Source: Candidatus Poribacteria bacterium
GTDB taxonomy: Bacteria > Poribacteria > WGA-4E > WGA-3G
Assembly: GCA_963663765.2 (NCBI GenBank)
Contig: CAXXUA010000011.1
Coordinates: 1-64,000, forward strand
Direction: 5' to 3'
DNA: 64,000 nt
In this document: positions 1 to 8,847 of the stretch, in pieces
Layout of the letters: every line of letters starts with the position of its first letter
How positions within the stretch are numbered: the stretch's first letter is position 1
Position numbers and translations under genes: made by a program
The notes under the pieces: generated by a model
Told to the model about the DNA's origin: nothing
Seen by the model: only the letters and a program-made list of their open reading frames with translations
The model's database searches: none

Positions 1-653
1 TAGGTATATTCTCCGTGTAATCGGTGATTCTGATGCATGGTTTGTTTTTGATTTAATTTTTTCATGACTTCTTTTGGGGGACGCCGCCGATGTGCTTTTC
101 GGGGTCCCACTTTTCTTTTGGAATGCCCATTGCCCAGAATAGGTGTTTGCCGGTGTCGACAGTGCTGTTTTCTTTCTGACTTAGCAGCAGATAGGCTCTA
201 CTGTCTATACCGTGATGGTCGCCTTTTATTGCTTCGTCGTCTTTGCCGGTACCCGTGAGTTTTTCTTCGTAGGTGCAGGTGAGAAACTCATCGGTGACAT
301 CCAATGGACGATATTCGTTTCTGAGGTTTTCGTCGGGGTCGTGGACTAATCTTTCGCGGAAGAAAGAGATTACGGGATTGCCTGTTGAGTCTACCCTTAA
401 GCGTTGTTTGATGATACCGATTTGCGCGATACGCGATTTTTTGGGTTCCTGGATTCTGAATCCTGCTTTGCGAAGCTGCGCGATTGCGTCTTGGTCGGCA
501 TTGTCTACGCAGACATATCTGAAAGTTTCGCCATCCTTGCAGTTGGCTTTGATACGTTCTATGAATTCGCGGACAGAAAGCTTGGTTTTGTAGATTTCTT
601 TTATGCATATAGGCGTTTGTCTTTGTCGCGCGACCACTAGTAGATAGTCCATT

Positions 654-1340
654 CTAATTGTTCGGGTATAGATGTTTTAATCGTACGCGTGCATCGTCCG
701 TTGTAAATTGCCAGTTTACCTGCTTTTGCTCTGCATTTCGCCGTTTTTGCCAGGCTTGTGTCTCTCTATGGAGTGTCTCTATATCTGGGATACGCCGACA
801 CAAACATTGACGTGTAAGGACACTCAGTTCTATTTCCGATATATTCAACCAACTTCCATGTACTGGCGTATGCACGATTTCTAAACGCTTACGCAACCTA
901 TTTGCTTCCTCATCTCCAAACACTTTATTGAGCGTCGAAAGTTTGTGTATATTCAGGTTGTCACAAACTAAAATCACACTTTTTGCTGATGAGTAGTCCT
1001 GATCCAATAGTATTTTTACTTCTTCTGCCCAATCCTCTGCCTTTCTGCGCGTCCGAACAGACACACGCCTCCATCCCGATAATGCTTCTGTGAATAGGAA
1101 GATATTTGCCGTGCCTTTGCGTTTATACTCATTATCTACACGCTTGACTTGCCCCGGTTTCACAGGATGCGGATCCCGAACATCATCCCTAAGCGTGACA
1201 GATTGTTCGTCCATGTTCACAACAGGTATTTCTGTATCTAAAGGTTTCTGGTAAAGATCAAGCACTTCTTCCATCGACTTTACAAACTCAGCATCTTTTT
1301 CAGGGGGAATCACCCACTGTTGCTGAAGGTGCGGCTTCAA
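654..1340 (-). CDS. IS630 transposase OrfB (DDE), joined to OrfA by a -1 shift at an A8 run (1345-1352)
   Basis: MDE...DNLNIH...HGSWLNISEIE catalytic motifs. A -1 shift gives LKKNALKPH, typical of the family. Confidence 0.92.
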   Translation of the reverse strand: MKPHLQQQWVIPPEKDAEFVKSMEEVLDLYQKPLDTEIPVVNMDEQSVTLRDDVRDPHPVKPGQVKRVDNEYKRKGTANIFLFTEALSGWRRVSVRTRRKAEDWAEEVKILLDQDYSSAKSVILVCDNLNIHKLSTLNKVFGDEEANRLRKRLEIVHTPVHGSWLNISEIELSVLTRQCLCRRIPDIETLHRETQAWQKRRNAEQKQVNWQFTTDDARVRLKHLYPNN

Positions 1341-1780
1341 AGCGTTTTTTTTAGTGTCTGTCTTACCGTTTCTGGAGAAATGCTTTCCACGATTTCAAGT
1401 CTTACCAATTCTGACGCAAGTAGGCGTAAAGTCCATTTAGCAGCACCTTCGGGAGGTTCGCTACAACTCAGTGCTATCAAGCGTGCTTCAGCTTCACCAT
1501 CAAGTTTACGAGGTGTGGGAGGATGCTCTCGCTTAGCACGAAATAAGACACGAGAAAAACCACCTTCAGCAAAACGCTTACGCACTTTCGCGACTGTCCT
1601 ATCAGTGCACTCATACGCTTCAGCTATTTTCCCATCAGTCCAACCGGGACCATTGACATCTGATTTCAGCAGAATATGAGCATTCCTTATCTTATACGCC
1701 TCTTTTTTACCTGTGTTTATACAATCTAACAACTCCTGCCGCTCCGAATCAGTGAGTTTTACAACATATTTCTTAGTCAA
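1337..1780 (-). CDS. IS630 transposase OrfA (HTH)
   Basis: KYVVKLTDSERQEL...WTLRLLA...ISPETVRQTLKK; AAGGAGG RBS before TTG start. Confidence 0.92.
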   Translation of the reverse strand: MTKKYVVKLTDSERQELLDCINTGKKEAYKIRNAHILLKSDVNGPGWTDGKIAEAYECTDRTVAKVRKRFAEGGFSRVLFRAKREHPPTPRKLDGEAEARLIALSCSEPPEGAAKWTLRLLASELVRLEIVESISPETVRQTLKKTL

Positions 1781-1808
1781 GGTTGTGTTCCTCCTTAAGT
1801 TTTGCTAT

Positions 1809-1837
1809 ACTATAAGAGAAAAACTCTTGTTTGTCAA
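1809..1837 (-). promoter_or_regulatory. Sigma70-like promoter of the IS630 transposase
   Basis: TTGACA-17 nt-TATAGT on the minus strand. Confidence 0.65.
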
Positions 1838-3545
1838 GATACTAAGAAACAAAAAAATAAATACAAACTTTTAGTATGGACTATCTACTAGATGCAACTT
1901 GCTGGATTTCGGAAACCCCAGTCTATATTCAGGTAGCGTACCCATTTTTTTGGGATTTTGAAGTTGTCAATGATGTGGATGTCTGGTGAGAATTTCTCAA
2001 AGACGAGTCCTTCGGCTGATGCCCACACGCCTTCGTAGCCGCGTTTGTATCGCATGCCTTCAAGGTTTCTCAGTTTTTCCACACGTCTCTCGCCAGTTTC
2101 TGTGAGTTCTCCTGTTTCTTGGTCGTAGATTTCGGGGTTGTCCCTGTATGTCATCTCAAAGTATTCAATTTTTCCTGCTTTGGGCTGCTGTCGTATCCAG
2201 TGGTTTGGGGTGCTTGGGTTGCAGTCACCAAGTAGAAATGCGATAGGGAGGACTCCTGTGCGTTCTGAGATGCGTGCGGTGAGTTCGTCCCATCCGTCAA
2301 AGGTGAGGAGTTCTGCTTGGTTGACGAAGGCTGCGTCGAAGAAGTCGCTGAGTAGGTTGCTGGGTTTGTCAAGTCCGTTCATGTAAATTCTGCTTCCGTT
2401 CCAGTATTCGTAAAATGGGGGTTGTTCGCCGCCGTATTTTGCGATGGGTGTTGGATTCGGAACGTCTATCCTTGTGGGTTTGAAACCGAGATATTTTTCG
2501 TAGGTTGGGATGATGTTGTGAAATATCCTGTTATGGTATCTGTGGATGAAGGTCAATCGCGCTCCAGGGTAGTTTCTTGCGAGATGATCTATGCATGCAA
2601 CACAACTAAAGGTTTTGCCTGCGTCATAGGTGCCGCCGACTATTTTGACAGGTGCGTGTGAGTTGAAGACATCTTGCATTTGTCCATAAGGCTTGAAGCC
2701 CTTTGGATGGTATTGGATGATGGGTGTGGGTTGTTAGAGGATTGTGGGTTGATCGGTGATTATTCTGATGTTTTGATCGTTGGTTTCGGTTTCATGGGTT
2801 ACTGTATCGGGGTTGGAAACCCCTCCTACAAGAAGTTTTGGGAGGTTCTGTTCGTATTCCTGCATTTCGTGGTGCAGGTGTATAAGTACTGGTGGGTTTT
2901 CGGTTTCGGTTGCGTTTTCCTGCTCTGAGGCTGCTTCGTGTTTCCTGTATTCATGTCGGGTGATGGTTGCGTTGGTGTCGTAGCCGCGGGTTTCTATGTT
3001 TTCGCGCCTTGAGTGTATGTCGTAAGAGCGAATCTCTCTGTCAAAATCGTCGACGTAAAAGAATAATTCCTCAATGTTGTTTTGTGGATCGAAGTTTTCT
3101 TTAATCGCTAATATGCTTTCATTGGTGTCTTCTAACTCTTCAAAATGATGTTATTCTACCGCAGCATAGATATCGTCTTCTCCAGGTTCTGGTGCGTCTT
3201 TGTTTTTGTCTGCCCGTATTTGCGAAATGATCGTGGCAGTCTGTTTCTTGTTCAGAGATTGTTTGTAGCTTACATAGGCGTTGGTGTCAAAGCCGCGCGT
3301 TTCTATGTTTTGTCGTTTTTTCATGATTTCATAGGTGCGAGACAGTTTATGTTTTCGTTGTTTTGCCTTTTTTAGGAGTTTCAGGTCATATGGGGTTTTT
3401 TTCCCTTTTCTGAAGTGCTTTATTACATCTTGGATTATGTTCCAAAGTAAAGTGTAGACATTCTGTTGAAGTTGGAAGGTTTGTTGTTGCATGTTTTTGT
3501 CCTCGTTGGTTTGTTAGGAATGATGCGGAATAATGCACAAACTAA

Positions 3546-4659
3546 ATGAAGATTAATTTATTAATTCGGTAATAAAATATTTCTCCAACGGTAGGCGGGG
3601 AATGCCTAAATGGCATTCATACCGTTGATTTGGTGCTTTGTAAGCGCGCCCCTCTTTTCCCTCTTGCAGGCGTGCTTTGTAAGCGCGCCCCCAACTGCCC
3701 CCCACCTGCAGGCGTGCTTTGTAAGCGCGCCCCTCTTTTCCCTCTTGCAGGCGTGCTTTGTAAGCGCGCCCCCAACTGCCCCCCACCTGCAGGCGTGCTT
3801 TGTAAGCGCGCCCCCCAACTGCCCCCCACCTGCAGGCGTGCTTTGTAAGCGCGCCGCCCAACTGCCCGCCACCTGCAGGCGTGCTTTGTAAGCGCGCCCC
3901 TCTTTTCCCTCTTGCAGGCGTGCTTTGTAAGCGCGCCCCACCCCGCCATCAGTAGGCGTGCTTTGTCCGCGCGCCCCCCACCTGCAGGCGTGCTTTGTAA
4001 GCGCCCCCCACCTGCCCCCCACCTGCAGGCGTGCTTTGTAAGCGCGCCCCCCACCTGCCCGCCACCTGCAGGCGTGCTTTGTAAGCGCGCCCCACCCCGC
4101 CATCAGTAGGCGTGCTTTGTAAGCGCGCCCTCTTTTCCCTCTTGCAGGTGTGCTTTGTAAGCGCGCCCCACCCCGCCATCAGTAGGCGTGCTTTGTCCGC
4201 GCGCCCCCCAACTGCAGGCGTGCTTTGTAAGCGCGCCCCCCAACTGCCCCCCACCTGCAGGCGTGCTTTGTAAGCGCGCCCCACCCCGCCATCAGTAGGC
4301 GTGCTTTGTAAGCGCCCCCCAACTGCCCGCCACCTGCAGGCGTGCTTTGTAAGCGCGCCCCCCAACTGCCCCCCACCTGCAGGCGTGCTTTGTAAGCGCG
4401 CTGGCACATCAAGTCCCAAGAGCGCGCTTACAAAGCACGCCTACAATCTGAAAAATATTTTTAACCGATTAATAAATTAATCTTCATATGGCATTCATAC
4501 CGTTGATTTGGTGCTTTGTAAGCGCGCTGATGAGACTTGATGTGCCAGCGCGCTTACAAAGCACCAAATCAAGAAATCAACGGTATGAATGCCTTTTGGC
4601 ATTCCCCGCCTACCGATGTAGGTTAGATAAAATTACCTAATTTATTTTTTAATCTTCAT
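3546..4659. mobile_element. Composite MITE with ATGAAGATTAATTTATTAAT termini enclosing the REP array
   Basis: Left end at 3546; inverted ends finish at 4487 and (degenerate) 4659. Flanks rejoin into the palindrome gcacaaact-aac-agtttgtgc. Confidence 0.6.
3633..4444. repeat. Tandem array of 20 REP half-units (AGGCGTGCTTTGTAAGCGCGCC) with recurring short linkers, ended by an inverted copy
   Basis: gtgctttgt core counted 20 times from 3633 to 4385; inverted copy at 4421-4444. Confidence 0.95.
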
Positions 4660-5196
4660 ACAGTTTGTGCTACAAAGATCAGTAATGATGTTATTATTAT
4701 AATTGGTGGTGTGATAGGGATGGGAGGTTTTGTGGGGTTGCGGACAAGGGAATTCTAATAGATATATATTGGATTTGGAGGATTGTCTGAATCTGGATTG
4801 CGGATTCTGTCTGAACCAGGATTTTCAGGATTATTAGATTTTCAGGATTTGCTCATCAAGGGTTTTTGATGTGTGCATTTTCGCGTCATACATGATTCAG
4901 AAATCGGGGTTGAAAACCCCTCCCACAAGACAGACCCATCCTACAAGAGAAACACCAACCACAAAAGGGTGGGGCACGGTAATACCATATTACCATTTTT
5001 TCATAACAAAGAAATATTTAAGTAACATTTTTCAATTACTATCAAAAACAATAATTTGTTTAAATTTAGTTGAATTGGATAGTTTTCAAATTGATTATGC
5101 TTGAAATATAGTATTTTTTATTGTATACTTATTAAGCATTTTTTGTCTGTGTTTAACTCCTTAGTAATGTAGGGATAAGGAGATGATGTTGTAATA

Positions 5197-6189
5197 ATGA
5201 AGATACTCATTGCGGGTTTGGGGTCAATTGGCAGACGGCATCTGCGGAATTTTCAAACGTTGAATGCTGGTGAATTTGTGCTATTTCGCACAAGACGTTC
5301 TACTCTACCGGATGATGATCTTGAAGGATTACCTGTTGAACATAATTTGAAGGAAGCACTACAGAAACATAGTCCTGATATTGTCGTTGTCTCAAATCCA
5401 ACATCACTTCACCTTGACATTGCAATTCCAGCTGCAGAAGCGGGTTGTCATCTGTTATTAGAAAAACCTATCTCTGATACGATGGAGCGTGTATCAACTT
5501 TATCGGATATTGTGAAGCGGAACGACTTGAGAGTGCTTGTGGGATTTCAATTTAGGTTTCATCCTGGTATTCGGTATATTAGAGAACTGCTTGACAATAA
5601 CACAATTGGTCCGGTTACTTCTGTTCATGCACATTGGGGGGAATACTTACCAGCATGGCATCCCTGGGAAGATTATAGGAGAGGGTACGCTGCACGAAAC
5701 GATCTTGGTGGTGGTGTTTTACTTACCCTTTGTCATCCATTTGATTACCTGCGTTGGCTTATTGGTGAAGTTGTTGCAGTGTCAGCGATGTTTGTACAAG
5801 ATGGTGGATTAGATCTTGAGGTGGAGGATACTGCAAATGTGATGCTACGTTTTGCAAATGATGCACTTGGCACAGTTCATCTTGACTATGTTCAACGTCC
5901 ACCTTCACATAATCTTACCATCAATGGACAGAATGGACGTATACTTTGGGACAATGAAGATGGAGCTGTGCGTTGGTATCAAACAGATAAGGAGGCATGG
6001 CAGACAATTGCGATGTCTTCAGAGTTTGAACGCAACACACTTTTTCTTGATGAAGCAAAACATCTGCTAAGTTGTATAGAAGATAGGACAGAACCTTGTG
6101 TAAATTTGGATGATGGGATTGCTACGCAGAAGATAGTACTTGCGGCAAAACAGTCAAATCAGGAAGGTAAAGAAATAGCAATAACATAG
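5197..6189 (+). CDS. Gfo/Idh/MocA family oxidoreductase
   Basis: GLGSIG Rossmann motif, LLEKP, GGGVLL. Confidence 0.9.
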   Translation: MKILIAGLGSIGRRHLRNFQTLNAGEFVLFRTRRSTLPDDDLEGLPVEHNLKEALQKHSPDIVVVSNPTSLHLDIAIPAAEAGCHLLLEKPISDTMERVSTLSDIVKRNDLRVLVGFQFRFHPGIRYIRELLDNNTIGPVTSVHAHWGEYLPAWHPWEDYRRGYAARNDLGGGVLLTLCHPFDYLRWLIGEVVAVSAMFVQDGGLDLEVEDTANVMLRFANDALGTVHLDYVQRPPSHNLTINGQNGRILWDNEDGAVRWYQTDKEAWQTIAMSSEFERNTLFLDEAKHLLSCIEDRTEPCVNLDDGIATQKIVLAAKQSNQEGKEIAIT

Positions 6190-6392
6190 TTGTTGGATAT
6201 CTGAACAGGATTCACGCATAACCCCTTTATATGAAGAATAAGAAATAAATTTGGTAATTCCATAATCCTGCTTGGTAGAATACGTCAAATCAAGAAAACA
6301 ACGGTATGAATGCCTTTTGGTATTCCCCGCCCACCGTTGGGTGCGTAAGTCCTGCATTTTTTTCTAAAATTGACGTCATTGGTGCGATAAGG

Positions 6393-7223
6393 ATGCAGAT
6401 GAATAAAGATCCATTTGATTTGTGTGGAAGAGTCGTAATTGTAACGGGTGGAGCGGGGATGTTAGGTCGAGAGTATTGCCGTGCTTTTGCTGAGTCATCT
6501 GCTCATGTGGTCATTGCTGATCTGCGTGGTGGAGCTGCTAAAGACTTTGCAAGCGAAATCAACGTTGGGAATCACACAAAAGCTATAGGTGTAGAAACAG
6601 ATGTCACCAACAAATTGTCTGTGCAATCCATGGTAAACCGAGTTATTGATGAATTTGGTAAAATAGATATTCTTGTGAACAATGCTGCACTTGATCCGAA
6701 ATTTGACGCTGAACATGCGTCCGAACACACAAATACATTTGAGGATTATCCATTGGAATTATGGAATGAAAGCGTTGCTGTTGACTTGACTGGTATGTTC
6801 CTCTGTTCTCAGGCGGTTGCTAAGCCTATGTTGGCAGAAAATCAAGGTGTTATTATCAATATCTGTTCAACCTATGGGGTTGTTGGACCGGATCAAAGGT
6901 TATATGAAAGAGATGACTCCTCAGCACCGAAGACATTTAAACCGATCACCTATTCAGTAACAAAAAGTGCTGTGTTAGGTCTTACAAGGTATCTTGCGAC
7001 GTATTTTGCAGGTAAGAACATTCGAGTCAATGCTTTAACTCTTGGTGGAGTGTATAATGAGCATGATGATGAGTTTGTCAGGAGGTATAGTTACCGCACA
7101 CCACTGGGACGTATGGCTGGTAAATCCGAGTACTGTGGTGCGTTAATATTTATGGCATCTGATGCAGCATCCTATATGACTGGAGCGAATCTGGTTATTG
7201 ATGGAGGTTGGACAGCATGGTAA
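6393..7223 (+). CDS. SDR family oxidoreductase (PtmA-like)
   Basis: TGGAGMLG, NNAA, YSVTK, IDGGWTAW. Start moved to ATG 6393 (or 6399) because the upstream ORF part is repeat sequence. Confidence 0.9.
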   Translation: MQMNKDPFDLCGRVVIVTGGAGMLGREYCRAFAESSAHVVIADLRGGAAKDFASEINVGNHTKAIGVETDVTNKLSVQSMVNRVIDEFGKIDILVNNAALDPKFDAEHASEHTNTFEDYPLELWNESVAVDLTGMFLCSQAVAKPMLAENQGVIINICSTYGVVGPDQRLYERDDSSAPKTFKPITYSVTKSAVLGLTRYLATYFAGKNIRVNALTLGGVYNEHDDEFVRRYSYRTPLGRMAGKSEYCGALIFMASDAASYMTGANLVIDGGWTAW

Positions 7224-8041
7224 CAGACCGAGTAGACACATCAGATAATTCTACTCAGTTAGAGGTATTAGGTATTGTTCAAGCGAGAGGTGGTTCGAAG
7301 GGTATCCCTGGAAAGAACATTCGTGAACTTGGTGGACATCCATTAATCGCTTATAGTATTGCGTCTGGACTTGCTGCGGCATCAATCACAAGGTTGATTA
7401 TATCTACAGATGACATTGAAATCGCTGAAGTAGCTAAGGCTTATGGCGCGGAAGTTCCATTTTTGCGTCCGGATGAACTTGCCACAGATGATGCGCAGGA
7501 TTTTCCTTTGTTTGAGCATGCGTTGTCTATGCTGAAAAATGGAGAGGATTATTCCCCAGAAATAATTGTGCAGCTACGTCCAACATCACCGTTTCGTCCA
7601 AAAGGGTTGATAGATGCTGCAGTAAGATTAATATCAGAAGACAAAGATGCGGATTGTGTTCGGACAGTGATACCTTCACAACAGAATCCGTATAAAATGT
7701 GGCGTGCAGGAGAAAAATATCTTACACCGCTATTGGGTGATGAGTTTCCAGAACCGTATAACATGCCACGGCAACGTTTGCCGAAAACATATTGGCAGAC
7801 TGGACATCTTGATGTTATTCGGTATGAAACCATTGTAGAGAAAAAATCTCTAAGCGGTGAGTCCGTTTTGCCTTTGATTATTGAACCGAAGTATTGCACA
7901 GATATTGATAATCTTGAAGATTGGGAACTTGCAGAATGGAAGTTAACAAGGGACTCTCTTGATATTGATTTACCTACGAAAAAAGGGCAAAACAGCAGTG
8001 CAACTGAGAATTTAAGAAAAAAATTGCTATGGAAAGATTAA
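7217..8041 (+). CDS. neuA: Acylneuraminate (nonulosonic acid) cytidylyltransferase family
   Basis: ARGGSKGIPGKN, STDD, EVPFLRP, LRPTSPFR, DID motifs; GGAGG RBS before ATG 7217. Confidence 0.88.
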   Translation: MVTDRVDTSDNSTQLEVLGIVQARGGSKGIPGKNIRELGGHPLIAYSIASGLAAASITRLIISTDDIEIAEVAKAYGAEVPFLRPDELATDDAQDFPLFEHALSMLKNGEDYSPEIIVQLRPTSPFRPKGLIDAAVRLISEDKDADCVRTVIPSQQNPYKMWRAGEKYLTPLLGDEFPEPYNMPRQRLPKTYWQTGHLDVIRYETIVEKKSLSGESVLPLIIEPKYCTDIDNLEDWELAEWKLTRDSLDIDLPTKKGQNSSATENLRKKLLWKD

Positions 8042-8136
8042 GGAGGAAAGATTCATTATCGTCCTAATCCTATTGATTGGAATATGACGAAAATGTTGTA
8101 TGTGATAAGAGTTTGCATACATAACTAAATTTACCG

Positions 8137-8676
8137 ATGTTAAGAGAATTAACTAATAATGTGACCCGATGGGATACGCAATTATTCAATCGAATCTTTG
8201 GTTGGGGGGATAAACGATTTCTTAATCGTTCGTTCCGTCTTATTTCGTGGAGTGCCAGTGGGTATCTGTATCCCTTCGTTGTGCTCTATATTTATTATTC
8301 TTATGCACCAAGTATTAGAAATCCGTTTTTACTTTCAATAGTAATTGCTTTTCTTATTGAGGGATGTCTATATCATTTCCTCAAACAATCATTGAAACGG
8401 GATCGTCCCTTTAATAAGATGGATGATGTTCAATTCAGGGTTCGTCCACCGGACCAATTCAGTTTTCCATCTGGACATACTGCGTCAGCGTTTCTCGTGA
8501 TGACATTGGTATCAAGTTTCTTTCAAGTACCTACATTACGGATAGGATTGTTTATTTGGGCATCAATGGTTGGTATTGCAAGGGTGTATCTTGGTGTTCA
8601 CTATCCATCTGATGTTCTTGCAGGTGCATTTCTTGGAGTTTTAACAGCAGTCATAGGAATGTGGCTTGGTGTATAA
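8137..8676 (+). CDS. PAP2 family membrane phosphatase
   Basis: K..KRDRP, SFPSGH, ARVYLGVHYPSDV. Confidence 0.93.
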   Translation: MLRELTNNVTRWDTQLFNRIFGWGDKRFLNRSFRLISWSASGYLYPFVVLYIYYSYAPSIRNPFLLSIVIAFLIEGCLYHFLKQSLKRDRPFNKMDDVQFRVRPPDQFSFPSGHTASAFLVMTLVSSFFQVPTLRIGLFIWASMVGIARVYLGVHYPSDVLAGAFLGVLTAVIGMWLGV

Positions 8677-8847
8677 ATAGCCGTCTAACAAAGCAGTTAA
8701 CTGAAAACAGTGTACAATTATTTTCATAATTCACCCTATTATCTATATCATTGAGTTTTAATTGTTAAAGTATCTGTATTCTACAGGTTTTAATATTTAT
8801 ATATTAATATTTATAGTTTTTGTATTAGCGAAAAAAGGTGAAATCTA

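Larger units (their letters stand above)
640..1888 (-). mobile_element. IS630-family insertion sequence (~1249 bp)
   Basis: CTAGTAGATAGTCCAT at 637-652 and its exact reverse complement at 1876-1891. TA duplicated at 638-639 and 1889-1890 in a CTAG target. Two-ORF transposase inside. Confidence 0.95.
62..3492 (-). pseudogene. Terminase large subunit-like gene with ~270-codon N-terminal extension; disrupted by in-frame stops, an IS630 insertion and a frameshift
   Basis: ORFs 3151..3492 and 1888..2679 share one frame with TAA stops at 3151-3153 and 2734-2736. GAGG RBS precedes ATG 3492. Motifs: Walker A GGTYDAGKT, coupling motif LLGDCNP, RNase H-like IDWGFRNP, C-terminal DHHGIDSRAY. Removing the IS gives SCI*WSRDKDKRLYA, then a 1-nt frameshift near 601-603 into KEIYKTK. 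Confidence 0.85.

Noticed and set aside
62-652. Independent 196-aa gene
   Set aside because: Its ATG comes from the IS630 inverted repeat; it is the terminase C-terminal fragment.
3553-4419. Overlapping ORFs across the array
   Set aside because: They are translations of the repeat in several frames and both strands, with no RBS or domain.
3633-4444. CRISPR array
   Set aside because: Linkers are short and recur from about four classes, the repeat is a dispersed REP, and no cas genes are in the window.
1-5000. Intact prophage
   Set aside because: Only a disrupted terminase-like gene is present; no structural, lysis or integrase genes in the window.
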